Below are positions 51,521-60,970 of a DNA stretch of 64,000 nt, one piece after another. A model generated the notes under the pieces. That model did no database searches and was not told the DNA's origin. It saw only the letters and a list, made by a program, of their open reading frames with translations. Both the position numbers and the translations under genes were made by a program. Positions within the stretch are counted from its first letter, which is position 1; each line of letters begins with the position of its first letter. Source of the stretch: Syntrophales bacterium (lineage in GTDB: Bacteria > Desulfobacterota > Syntrophia > Syntrophales > UBA6807). The stretch is from NCBI GenBank assembly GCA_040767195.1, contig JAXGPA010000001.1:896001-960000 (forward strand). The letters run 5' to 3'.

Positions 51521-52678
51521 ATGGAAACCCTGTTTACCTATACAGGCGCGAAAAAGATTGTTTTCGGGAGGGGGGCACTGGACCGCCTCCCCGAATTCAC
51601 GGCCGAACTGAACGGAAAAAAACCGCTTGTCGTCATGGACGGTTCCCTGGCCCGGTCGGGATTGTCGCGGCGGGTGTCCCTTCTTCTGGAGGGGGCGGGC
51701 GCCGCGCCGGTTCTTTATGATGCCATCGAGGGAGAGCCGGAACTGGAAAAGGCCGATGAAGGGGCCCGGATCGCCTTGGAGAACCGGTGCGATGTCGTGG
51801 TGGGAATCGGCGGCGGCAGCGCCATGGACGCGGCGAAGGCCATGGCGGCGGTGGCGGGAAATGGTGCCCGGGCGGTGGATTTTCTCGGGTTGAACCGTAT
51901 CCCGGGGCCCGGTCTTCCGACGGTCATGATTCCCACGACAGCGGGAACGGGCAGCGAGGTGACCTTCACCGCTGTCTTCATCCGGAAAGACCTGAAGAAA
52001 AAGGAAGGCATGAACAGCCCCTATCTCTATCCCCAGGTCGCCCTTCTCGATCCCCTGCTCACGCTGGGCCTTCCGTCCATGCCCACGGCGACGACAGGCA
52101 TGGACGCCCTGTGTCATGCCATCGAGTCCTACACGTCGGTGAACGCCAGTCCCATGAGTGCCCTCGTGTCCCTGGAAGCCATCCGGCTCATCGGCGCGAA
52201 CCTTCGGACGGCCGTTCACGACGGTGGCAACCTGGCCGCCCGGGAGGCCATGCTCCTGGGAAGCCTGTACGCCGGCCTCGGGCTGGCCAACGCCGGCGTG
52301 ACCGCCGTCCACTCCCTCTCCTATCCCCTGGGTGGCCGCTTCGGCGTCCCGCACGGCTTGGCCAACACGGTGCTCCTGCCCGCGGTCATGGAATACAACA
52401 TCCCCGGGGCCCTGGAAAAGTTCACCCGGGTTGCCGAAGCCCTGGGTGAAGAGACAAGCGGTCTGCCCCTGCGGGAGGCCGCCTGGCTCGCCGTGGAGGC
52501 CGTCTCGGGGCTCATCCGCGACTGTGCCGTTCCCATGGGGCTGGAAGGGTTGGGGGTCAAGGAAGAAGACTTCCCCTCGCTGGCGGAAGTCGCCATGACG
52601 GTGGCGCGACCCCTGGCGAACAATCCTTGTAAAGTGACAGCCAGGGATGCCGTCAACATTTACCGCCAGGCCTTTTGA
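51521..52678 (+). CDS. Iron-containing alcohol dehydrogenase family protein; probable Kdo 8-oxidase (KdnB role)
   Basis: GGGSAMD, PTTAGTGSE, DALCHAIES, HS...PHG; directly upstream of the kdnA-like gene. Confidence 0.75.
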   Translation: METLFTYTGAKKIVFGRGALDRLPEFTAELNGKKPLVVMDGSLARSGLSRRVSLLLEGAGAAPVLYDAIEGEPELEKADEGARIALENRCDVVVGIGGGSAMDAAKAMAAVAGNGARAVDFLGLNRIPGPGLPTVMIPTTAGTGSEVTFTAVFIRKDLKKKEGMNSPYLYPQVALLDPLLTLGLPSMPTATTGMDALCHAIESYTSVNASPMSALVSLEAIRLIGANLRTAVHDGGNLAAREAMLLGSLYAGLGLANAGVTAVHSLSYPLGGRFGVPHGLANTVLLPAVMEYNIPGALEKFTRVAEALGEETSGLPLREAAWLAVEAVSGLIRDCAVPMGLEGLGVKEEDFPSLAEVAMTVARPLANNPCKVTARDAVNIYRQAF

Positions 52679-52732
52679 GAGGATGATGACGAAGGCCTGA
52701 AAAGAAAGAAATGGGAAAGGGAAGGAAAGACC

Positions 52733-53935
52733 ATGCCGGGTTTTGAACTGATCGGTCAGGAAGAGAAGAAGGAAGTTCTCGACATTCTCGAAACGGGCAT
52801 CTGGATGCGCTACGGGTTCGACCAGGAAAGGAGGGGGGTCTTCAAGGTCAGGGAACTCGAGGAGGCTTTTTGCCGGTACCACGGCGTCTCTCACGCCCTG
52901 GGCGTCACCTCGGGCTCGGCGGCCCTGAAGGTGGCTCTCGAGGCCCTCGATGTGGGCCCGGGGGACGAGGTCATCGTTCCGGCCTTCACGTTCGTGGCCA
53001 CCTACGAGGCCGTTCTCGAAGTCGGGGCCATCCCCGTCATGGCCGATGTCGATGACTCGCTCAACCTGAGTTCCGAAGACATCCCGGCGAAAATAACGGA
53101 CCGGACGAAGGCGGTCATTCCCGTCCACATGTGCGGGGCCGGCGCCCGGATCGACGGAATCCTGGAAGCGGCCCGAAACCACGGGCTTCTCGTTCTTGAA
53201 GACAACGCCCAGAGTCTCGGCGGGGCCTTCCGGGGCCGGAAGCTCGGTACCTTCGGGGACATGGCCACCTTCAGCTTCGATTTCTACAAGACGATCACCA
53301 CCGGGGAGGGTGGCATGGTTCTCACGAATCGGAGAGACCTCTATGAACGGGCGGACGGTTATCACGACCACGGCCACGACCACAACCCGGCGGTGAGCCG
53401 TGCCCTGGAAGGACGTTCCATCCTGGGGTTCAACTACCGGATGAACGAGTTCCAGGGGGCCGTGGGTCTCGCCCAGTTCCGGAAACTCGACACCATTGTC
53501 TCCCGTCAGCGGGAGAACAAGGCGTTTCTCAAGGAGCGGCTGGGCGGGGTTTCCGGCGTCACCTTCCGGCACCTTCCCGATCCCGAAGGTGACACGGCCA
53601 CGTTTCTGGGCTTACATCTTCCCGACGGCCCGTCGGCGAAAGCCTTCCAGGCAGCCCTGAGGGAGGAAGGGATCGACTCGATCTATTACAAGGAAAATTT
53701 GTGGCATTACGCCCCGAACTGGGAGCACCTCATCGCCTGGTCAACGGCGAACTCGAAGAAGTTCCCCTTTATCAACACCCTGAACCCGAGGAAGGCGACC
53801 TATGATCGGGAGGCCATTCCCCACGCCGAGGCGCTTCTGGCGCGCACCCTTTTCATGGCCGTTCCCGTGATCCTGCCGGACGAGCGAAAGGACGCCCTGG
53901 CCCGGGGAATCGAGAAGGCGGCAAAAAAAGGATAG
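52733..53935 (+). CDS. kdnA: 8-amino-3,8-dideoxy-manno-octulosonate (Kdo8N) transaminase, DegT family
   Basis: MPGFEL.G.EEK.EV, VHMCG, SFD..KTIT.GEGG, DHGHDH, PDPEGD, WHY..NW; recalled as matching Shewanella KdnA. Confidence 0.75.
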   Translation: MPGFELIGQEEKKEVLDILETGIWMRYGFDQERRGVFKVRELEEAFCRYHGVSHALGVTSGSAALKVALEALDVGPGDEVIVPAFTFVATYEAVLEVGAIPVMADVDDSLNLSSEDIPAKITDRTKAVIPVHMCGAGARIDGILEAARNHGLLVLEDNAQSLGGAFRGRKLGTFGDMATFSFDFYKTITTGEGGMVLTNRRDLYERADGYHDHGHDHNPAVSRALEGRSILGFNYRMNEFQGAVGLAQFRKLDTIVSRQRENKAFLKERLGGVSGVTFRHLPDPEGDTATFLGLHLPDGPSAKAFQAALREEGIDSIYYKENLWHYAPNWEHLIAWSTANSKKFPFINTLNPRKATYDREAIPHAEALLARTLFMAVPVILPDERKDALARGIEKAAKKG

Positions 53936-53945
53936 GAGTCCGGTC

Positions 53946-54920
53946 ATGTTCATTGTCACCGGAGGGGCGGGGTTCATCGGAAGCGCCGTCGTCTGGCAGC
54001 TCAACCGCCAGGGGATCGACGACATCCTGGTGGTGGACCGGCTCGGCGAAACGGAGAAGTGGCGGAACCTGGTACCGCTCCGGTACCGGGATTATCTGCG
54101 CAAGGACCGGTTCCTCGCCCAGGTCGTGGAAGACCGCGTTCCTTTTGCCGTGGACGGGGTGATTCACATGGGGGCCTGTTCCGACACCACGGAACGGGAC
54201 GGGGACTACCTCATGGAGAACAACTTCCATTACAGCTGCCGGGTGGCCGAGTGGGCCGTGGCCAAGGGGATCCCCATGATCTACGCCAGCAGCGCCGCCA
54301 CTTACGGCGACGGTTCCCTGGGGTTTTCCGACGACGACGCCCTCTCTCCCCGTCTCAGGCCGCTCAATTTCTACGGCTATTCGAAGCAGCTCTTCGACCT
54401 GTGGGTCCTCCGGAAAGGGTGGGAGAAGAAGCTGGCCGGACTTCGGTTCTTCAATGTCTTCGGACCCAACGAGTACCACAAGGGGGACATGAGAAGCGTG
54501 GTCCTCAAGTCCTTCGAGCAGATCCAGGACGGGGGCCGTGTCCGCCTTTTCCGGTCCTACCGCTCCCCCTACGGTGACGGGGACCAGATGCGGGACTTCG
54601 TGTACGTCAAGGACGCCGTCGATGTGATCTGGTGGCTCGTGGAGCACCCGGAGGTCCGGGGAATCTTCAACGTGGGGACGGGACAGGCCCGGACCTGGAA
54701 CGATCTCGTCAGGGCCGTCTTCAAAGCCGCCGGAAAAGAGCCGGCAGTCGATTACGTGGAAATGCCCGAATCCCTCCGGGGCCAGTACCAGTATTTCACG
54801 GAAGCCCCCATGGAAAAGCTCGCCCGGGCGGGATACCCTCTTGCCTTCCGGTCCCTGGAGGAAGCCGTCGCCGATTACGTGACCGGTTACCTCATGACGG
54901 AAAACCCCCGCCTCAAATGA
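53946..54920 (+). CDS. hldD: ADP-L-glycero-D-manno-heptose 6-epimerase
   Basis: VTGGAGFIGS, HMGACSDTTE, YASSAATYG, PLNFYGYSK, GPNEYHKGDM, YQYFTEA. Confidence 0.93.
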   Translation: MFIVTGGAGFIGSAVVWQLNRQGIDDILVVDRLGETEKWRNLVPLRYRDYLRKDRFLAQVVEDRVPFAVDGVIHMGACSDTTERDGDYLMENNFHYSCRVAEWAVAKGIPMIYASSAATYGDGSLGFSDDDALSPRLRPLNFYGYSKQLFDLWVLRKGWEKKLAGLRFFNVFGPNEYHKGDMRSVVLKSFEQIQDGGRVRLFRSYRSPYGDGDQMRDFVYVKDAVDVIWWLVEHPEVRGIFNVGTGQARTWNDLVRAVFKAAGKEPAVDYVEMPESLRGQYQYFTEAPMEKLARAGYPLAFRSLEEAVADYVTGYLMTENPRLK

Positions 54921-54936
54921 CAACGGGGAGGTTTCA

Positions 54937-55686
54937 GTGAAAACCGTCTGTCTCATTCCGTGCCGGTATCATTCCACCCGTTTCGAGGGCAAGCCCCTGG
55001 CGGAGATTCTCGGGAAACCCATGGTCCGGCACGTCTATGAAAGGGTTCTCCGGGCCCGGGGCGTTTCTTTCGCCGCCGTGGTCACCGACGACGAACGGAT
55101 TGTCCGGGCCGTCCGGTCTTTCGGCGGAGAAGTGATCCTCACGGGAGGGCACCACCGGTCGGGCACGGACCGGCTGGCGGAAGCGGCGGAAATCCTCGCA
55201 CTGGATGAGGGGGACATCGTGGTGAACGTTCAGGGGGATCAGCCGACGGTCCATCCCCGGCAGGTGGAAGAGGTCGTCGCGCCCCTCGCGGCGGATCCGG
55301 CCCTTCCTTTTTCGACGCTCATCTATCCCATTCACGAGGACGAGGAAATTTTTCACCCCAACGTGGTAAAGGTCGTCTTCGACGGCAGGGGAAACGCCCT
55401 CTATTTTTCCCGGGCCCCCATTCCCTTCGTCCGAGACCGGAGGCGGAAGGGGCGGTATTTCAAGCACCACGGTATCTATGCCTACCGGAAAGCCTTCCTG
55501 GAGACGTTTTCGAAACTGCCCGAGAGTCCCCTGGAAAGCTTCGAATCCCTGGAACAGCTCCGGGCCCTGGAGAACGGGTACCCCCTTCGGGTCGTCGAAT
55601 CCGCCTTCGACTCCATCGAGGTGGACACGGCGGAGGACCTGAAGACCGTGGAAGCCTTTTTGATGAAGGAAGGAGACGGTCCATGA
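54937..55686 (+). CDS. kdsB: CMP-Kdo synthetase (3-deoxy-manno-octulosonate cytidylyltransferase)
   Basis: IPCRYHSTRFEGKPL, SGTDR, NVQGDQP, LYFSRAPIP, ESLEQLR. Confidence 0.93.
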   Translation: MKTVCLIPCRYHSTRFEGKPLAEILGKPMVRHVYERVLRARGVSFAAVVTDDERIVRAVRSFGGEVILTGGHHRSGTDRLAEAAEILALDEGDIVVNVQGDQPTVHPRQVEEVVAPLAADPALPFSTLIYPIHEDEEIFHPNVVKVVFDGRGNALYFSRAPIPFVRDRRRKGRYFKHHGIYAYRKAFLETFSKLPESPLESFESLEQLRALENGYPLRVVESAFDSIEVDTAEDLKTVEAFLMKEGDGP

Positions 55687-56444
55687 CATTTCCCATCATC
55701 GATTCCCACATTCACTGCGGCGTCCAGAACGTGGACCAGCCCTTCGAAATGATCCGGTCCTACCTCGTCCGGGGGGGCATCGACGGGGCCTGCCTCTACG
55801 CCCCGGTGGAAGATATTTACAACCGTTACGATTTTCATTTTCAGGACACGCCCCACTGGGTGGCCTGCCGGCAGCGGGCGAATGAATACGTCCTTCGCCT
55901 CCAGGAAACGGAAACGAACGTATACGCCTATTACTTCGTGTGGAACGACTTCCGGAAGGAGGAACTGGCGAAGGGGTATCGCGGGATCAAGTGGCACCGC
56001 CACTCCTATGAGCCGGAGTATCACTACGAGGACGAGAAATGCGAGGCCTTTCTCCAGGAAGTGTACCGTCTCGGCCTTCCCGTCGTGCTCGAGGAATCCT
56101 TTGAGAACACCCTCTATTTCATCGAACGGGTGGGCGGCCGGACCCCCGTGATCATCCCCCACATGGGGGGGCTGAACGGCGGGTTTACCAATCTCTTTCA
56201 CAGCGGTATCTGGGACAACGAGACGATTTTCGCCGACACGGCCCTGGCGGGGCGGGGGGAGATTGCCCGGTTCATCGAAAAATACGGTGTTGACCGGCTT
56301 CTGTTCGGAAGCGACTTTCCCTTCGGAATTCCCGGGGAGGAGCTGGCCAAGCTTCGGGGGCTGGGACTGACGACGGAAGGGTTTGAAAAGGTGGTATCGG
56401 CGAACATCCGCGAACTCGTCGGCGACAGGGGGGGAAAGTCATGA
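55683..56444 (+). CDS. Amidohydrolase-family (TIM-barrel) protein
   Basis: IDSHIH, GIKWH, IIPHMG, LFGSDFPF. Confidence 0.8.
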   Translation: MTFPIIDSHIHCGVQNVDQPFEMIRSYLVRGGIDGACLYAPVEDIYNRYDFHFQDTPHWVACRQRANEYVLRLQETETNVYAYYFVWNDFRKEELAKGYRGIKWHRHSYEPEYHYEDEKCEAFLQEVYRLGLPVVLEESFENTLYFIERVGGRTPVIIPHMGGLNGGFTNLFHSGIWDNETIFADTALAGRGEIARFIEKYGVDRLLFGSDFPFGIPGEELAKLRGLGLTTEGFEKVVSANIRELVGDRGGKS

Positions 56445-57085
56445 AAATCGCCGAAGGCCTTCATGGGTTTTTGTGGCAGAGCTCCATGGAGAACAACTGC
56501 AACACCTACCTCGTCCAGGGGAAAAAAACCGTTCTCGTCGATCCCGGCCACAGGCATCTCTTCAGCCATGTGGAGCAGGGTCTCCGGAGGCTGGGTCTTA
56601 CCGTCGAGGCAGTGGACCTTGTCGTGGTCACCCACGCCCACCCGGATCACCTGGAGGGGGTGTCGAAGTTTCCGAAAACCACGCTTTTCGCCATGAGCGA
56701 GGAGGACTGCCGGTTTCTTCAGTCCATGGCTTCAGGCCGCTACGCCCTTCCGGAACCTGACTTTTTCCTCCGGGAGGGAGATTTTGCCGTCGGGGACCTT
56801 TCCTTCCGGGTTTTTCTGACCCCCGGTCATTCCCCCGGATCGATCAGTCTTTATCTGGAGAACCTGAAGGCCCTGTTCACAGGCGACGTGGTCTTTTCCC
56901 AGGGAATCGGGAGGACCGATCTTCCCGGCGGCGCCGGGCGTGTTCTCCGGGACAGCATCGAAACGCTCAGGCGGCTTCCCATCGACTACCTTCTCCCCGG
57001 TCACGGAAACCCCCTCCAGGGCCGAGAGGCCGTTGAGAAGAATTTCCAGGTCATCGAGGAATACTGGTATCCCTATCTCCGCTGA
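56441..57085 (+). CDS. MBL-fold metallo-hydrolase
   Basis: THAHPDH, TPGHSPG, FTGD, PGHG. Confidence 0.88.
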   Translation: MKIAEGLHGFLWQSSMENNCNTYLVQGKKTVLVDPGHRHLFSHVEQGLRRLGLTVEAVDLVVVTHAHPDHLEGVSKFPKTTLFAMSEEDCRFLQSMASGRYALPEPDFFLREGDFAVGDLSFRVFLTPGHSPGSISLYLENLKALFTGDVVFSQGIGRTDLPGGAGRVLRDSIETLRRLPIDYLLPGHGNPLQGREAVEKNFQVIEEYWYPYLR

Positions 57086-57101
57086 CTCCCGTTTCCGCCC
57101 G

Positions 57102-57608
57102 TCACCCTTCAAGGCCCTTCCGAAAAGCGTTGCGTTCCTCTTCGACAAAAGACCGCAAAGCCTCATGAGATTCGACGTTCGGTGAAACGGCCGGACCGGT
57201 GATCTTCCGGGCGGCCAGGTCCGCCAGGACAGCCGCCGAAAGGGCCGCCTTCTTCTCTTCCACCCGTTCCCGATAGGCGGTGAGAGCCTTTTTCAGCCCC
57301 TCCGTGTTTTCTCCGCACAGGGACTCGAGGAGACCGAGGATCCGCTCGTTGTCTGCGCCGGGATCGATTCTCTCCATGAGTTCCTTTTTCAGAAGAAGAG
57401 ACGGCGTGACGCCGGGTGGAGGCGGAGAGGAAGAAAGTTCGGCCAGGAGGGCATCGGAAGACATGGCGCCGTCGAGGACCCGCTGGAGATGTCCCCGTAT
57501 CTTTCGGGACCACTCCTTCTCCCGGTGGGCCTTTTTTTCCGCCTCCGTGGGGAGAAGGTCCCGGGTCTTTTCCATGATGAGATCGAGGGTGCTTTTGATT
57601 TCCGCCAT
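57102..57608 (-). CDS. Hypothetical helical protein
   Basis: MAEIKSTLDLIMEKT start after a purine-rich RBS; coherent ORF. Confidence 0.65.
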   Translation of the reverse strand: MAEIKSTLDLIMEKTRDLLPTEAEKKAHREKEWSRKIRGHLQRVLDGAMSSDALLAELSSSPPPPGVTPSLLLKKELMERIDPGADNERILGLLESLCGENTEGLKKALTAYRERVEEKKAALSAAVLADLAARKITGPAVSPNVESHEALRSFVEEERNAFRKGLEG

Positions 57609-57866
57609 GTCTTCCCGTCTCCAAAGGGTATTCCGGGTGATCCTGTCACGGGACGCAGAATCTGTCAAGACGGGCGGCCTCTTGTCAGGAGCCCCGGGTT
57701 ACGCGGCCGTTCTCTTCACCATCCCGTCCGGCGCCTCCCGGGAAGCATTTCCCCACGGAGGATCTTTTTCGAAAATTCTCGGCAGGGGCTCTTGAGCGGC
57801 TTTTACGGGCCTCTCCGGGCGGGACAGGGAGGAGATGGGTGGCCGTCGGGCGGGAATTCGTACCGC

Positions 57867-58541
57867 TTACTTCAGGGGGGCCGTGAGGAGGTCTATCTGC
57901 CGCCTCACCTGTCGTGCCTTTTCCGGGTTCCCCCTTTCCCCGTAATAGGATTCCAGGGTTTCCAGGTAGACCAGGACGATCCGTTTCCAGCCCTCCCGGG
58001 AAGCCGCCTGAAAGGCTTGCTGCAGGGTGGCTTCATTCCATGTGCCGACTTTCAGGGCGACGGCGGAGGCGATGATCCGGGACAGGGGGTCGTTCATGGC
58101 CCCGATGGTTTCATTTATTCTTTCAACCCGTTTTTCCCGGAGAGCCTTCAGGAACTCCCGATAAACCCCGGGAAGGCGGGACGGGTCCGATTCGTCCAGG
58201 TTCCCCTGGAGAAATGACAGGTAGATTTCGTTTTCTTCCGTGTGAGATCGATTCGGCAGGAGGCAGTCCTCCCCGGAAACTTCTTGCAGGGAGGCCCTTC
58301 GAAGGGCGCAGCGGGTCAGAAGGACCCGGTCCAGAAGATCCAGGTCGCCGCTTTTCCTGAATTCGTCGATGGCCCTCTGGAAGTGAAAATCGGCTTTCCC
58401 GTCTTCTCCTTCCAGGTAATATTTCTTGTAGGATTCAAGAGCGTTGAACCCCTCAAGCTTCCAGTCCGGCACGGGCGGGGAGCCGCAGCCCGCGGCGAGA
58501 AACAGAAGCGCCAGGAGGCTTATAAGACCCGTCCGATTCAT
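57867..58541 (-). CDS. Lipoprotein (TPR-like) of the MCE operon
   Basis: Lipobox LAAGC; ATGA overlap with the mlaD-like stop. Confidence 0.7.
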   Translation of the reverse strand: MNRTGLISLLALLFLAAGCGSPPVPDWKLEGFNALESYKKYYLEGEDGKADFHFQRAIDEFRKSGDLDLLDRVLLTRCALRRASLQEVSGEDCLLPNRSHTEENEIYLSFLQGNLDESDPSRLPGVYREFLKALREKRVERINETIGAMNDPLSRIIASAVALKVGTWNEATLQQAFQAASREGWKRIVLVYLETLESYYGERGNPEKARQVRRQIDLLTAPLK

Positions 58542-59449
58542 GGGAGCCGGACCTCCTTTTCCTCCTTCAACGGGATGAGCCTTTCCACCCCCCGGAGGAC
58601 CTCGTTCACCGAGTCCACGGCGCGATCGATGTCCCTGCGAAGGACCTCCAGGTTATCCGTCGAACGGGTCATCTCCCCGGTCATCCGGGGGAGGTCCTCG
58701 ATCACGGCGTTCAGGGTTTTCAGCTTGTCCAGGATGTCCCGGAGAATGGACGACACGAGGGGAAGGATGCCTCCATCGGAGAAGAGGCCGTCTTTCGCTT
58801 CCCTGGTCATCCCGTCCACCTCTTTCGTTATCTTCGAGATGTTAAGCAGGATGTCCTCGGTGGAGGAGGCGAGAGCCGTCAGTTTCAGAAGGGTGTCGTT
58901 CACCGCCGTCACGGTGGCCTTTTCCCCGACCGCCATTTCGAGGAGGGTTTCCCTTTCGGCCAGGGTGGATGTTATCTTGACGATGTTGTCCGCTACCGTA
59001 CCCACTTTTTCGATGAGGGGCTGGACACGCTGAACGGCGTCGTTGATGCTGTCCACGGGAAAGACTTCGAGCATGCTTTCCGTGGAGAGGACAGGGCTTT
59101 CCAGGTTGCTGGTGTAAACGACGATTTTTGGTGTGCCGATGAGGGGCCGGTCGAGGATGAGAATGCTGTCCCCGTGGAGCCACTTGACGTGGCGCTCGGG
59201 GATCTTGACGGTGATGATGACGACGCCCTTTTCGTTCAACTCCAGGTCATAGACCTTGCCGATTTCGAAACCCGAAAAGACGACGGGCATGCCCTGGCTG
59301 AATCCCTCGCCCGACTTGGCGAAAAGTGTGAAGGTGTATACTTTTGAAAAATAATCTTTTTTCCAGGCGACGTATCCGATGAAAAGCACGATCAGGAGGA
59401 CGGTGGTGACGACAAAGAAGCCAACTTTCAGTTCAATGTTCTTCGCCAT
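58538..59449 (-). CDS. MCE/MlaD-family protein with long helical C-terminus
   Basis: ELKVGFFV TM, G...GMPVVFSGFEIGKV. Confidence 0.85.
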   Translation of the reverse strand: MAKNIELKVGFFVVTTVLLIVLFIGYVAWKKDYFSKVYTFTLFAKSGEGFSQGMPVVFSGFEIGKVYDLELNEKGVVIITVKIPERHVKWLHGDSILILDRPLIGTPKIVVYTSNLESPVLSTESMLEVFPVDSINDAVQRVQPLIEKVGTVADNIVKITSTLAERETLLEMAVGEKATVTAVNDTLLKLTALASSTEDILLNISKITKEVDGMTREAKDGLFSDGGILPLVSSILRDILDKLKTLNAVIEDLPRMTGEMTRSTDNLEVLRRDIDRAVDSVNEVLRGVERLIPLKEEKEVRLP

Positions 59450-59921
59450 GGCCCGCCCCGTATCGGTGTTTGTTCCATCGATAATCGAAAATATAACATG
59501 CCCTGTAGAAATCAAGCGTTTTTTTCAAAAGCCCGTCGAAAAAGGTGAAGTCGTGGACTGTCGGGACGAGTTCGAAGGGGCGGTCGATGAGAAGTTCGGC
59601 CTCCCTGAATCTCGTGGCCCGAAGAAGCATGGCGGCGAAACGCTCCTCTTCCAGGAGATCGGGATTGCGCAGGCCGCCGATCCGGCCCATGCCGAGGCGG
59701 TTCAGGGCCTCCGAGGCATCCCCCATGGCTTCCGCCGCCGGCAGGGATTCATGGTACTGGCGGATCAGGGCGATGTTCTGCCGGACGTCGAGGTTCGAAA
59801 TCAGCGGGTAGTCCAGCGAGATGATCCCCCCGTTGGGATGACGGGCCAGGAAGTCATCCCGATCCCGTTCGAGGATGTCCTGCTTGTCGAAGAAAATCAG
59901 ATGACGGACCGCGCTATTAAT
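59433..59921 (-). CDS. Degenerate ABC-ATPase-like (MlaF-like) protein lacking Walker A
   Basis: PLISNLDVRQNIAL, signature region LLEEERFAAMLLRA, Walker B-like LLIDRP; start uncertain. Confidence 0.6.
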   Translation of the reverse strand: MNSAVRHLIFFDKQDILERDRDDFLARHPNGGIISLDYPLISNLDVRQNIALIRQYHESLPAAEAMGDASEALNRLGMGRIGGLRNPDLLEEERFAAMLLRATRFREAELLIDRPFELVPTVHDFTFFDGLLKKTLDFYRACYIFDYRWNKHRYGAGHGEEH

Positions 59922-60685
59922 GAGATCACCTCGATGAATATGATGGCCAGGAAAACCCGGATCATGCCGTGAAGCACGGCGATGGGAATGCTCGTCAGCT
60001 GATAGGAGGCCCGCATCCCCGATATGACGGGAATGAGGGTGATAAAAAAGCCGAAGGTGGCGCATTTGAACAGAAGGATCAGTATGTCCGACAGATGAAT
60101 GGAATTCACCAGGAGATGGGAGTAGATATTGAGGCCCATGCCGAAAATGATCCGGGAGAAAAGACCCCCGCTGATCACGAGGACGGTGGAAAAAAGACCG
60201 GTGAGAAGAATGAGAGAAATCACACCGTTCATTATTCTCGGGAGAAACAGGTAATTGATCGGGTCGATTCGAAAGGCCCGGAGGGTGTCCAGTTCACGAT
60301 TCACCTTCATGACGGCGATTTCCGCGTTGATGGCGGACCCGGACCGAAGGGCGATGAGAAGAACGGTGACGAAGGGAGACAGTTCGTTGACGGCGAAGCC
60401 GATGAGGATATTCCCCAGGTACTGGGTCAGCCCGAAAGTCTTCAGCGTCTGGAGGACGATGCCCATGATGAGGGATCCCAGGATAATGGAAACGGTAATG
60501 AAAAGAGGGAGGATCTCAACGGAGGTAAAGTAAATCTGGCTGAGAAGGACGGAACGGGTGGCACTGTTGTAAGCCCTGGGGTGAAAAACATTCCACAGGA
60601 TCCGTCGGGAGAACGCGATGGTCTCGCCGACGGATCGCGAAAACTGAAGGGTCGTCTTACCGATCCGGGTGATCGTTGCGATCAT
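59897..60685 (-). CDS. MlaE-family ABC permease
   Basis: QIYFTSVE, ELSPFVT....LRSGSAINAEIAVMKVNRELDTL, FLPR. Confidence 0.88.
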   Translation of the reverse strand: MIATITRIGKTTLQFSRSVGETIAFSRRILWNVFHPRAYNSATRSVLLSQIYFTSVEILPLFITVSIILGSLIMGIVLQTLKTFGLTQYLGNILIGFAVNELSPFVTVLLIALRSGSAINAEIAVMKVNRELDTLRAFRIDPINYLFLPRIMNGVISLILLTGLFSTVLVISGGLFSRIIFGMGLNIYSHLLVNSIHLSDILILLFKCATFGFFITLIPVISGMRASYQLTSIPIAVLHGMIRVFLAIIFIEVISLIARSVI

Positions 60686-60970
60686 GGAGGCCTCTGGGCG
60701 ATTAAGGGTTCGGCACCCACCGGGCCTTTCGATCCCTGGCCGGCAGTGCAACGGTGCCGTTCTCTCTTATTCCTGTGTGCCGGTTTTTCTTCTTGATGTA
60801 TTTTAAATATGGCATAAAAAAACGATCCCTTCAACAGGCCGCTTGCGCCGCTTTGCATCTGGGTCACATAATGCTTATAATACGTCTTGAATTCCATTTT
60901 GAGTTGCGGTGATCCCCCCGAACCAGAGAACATGAAATCTTTCCTACTATGAAATGAAGGGAGAAAAAAC

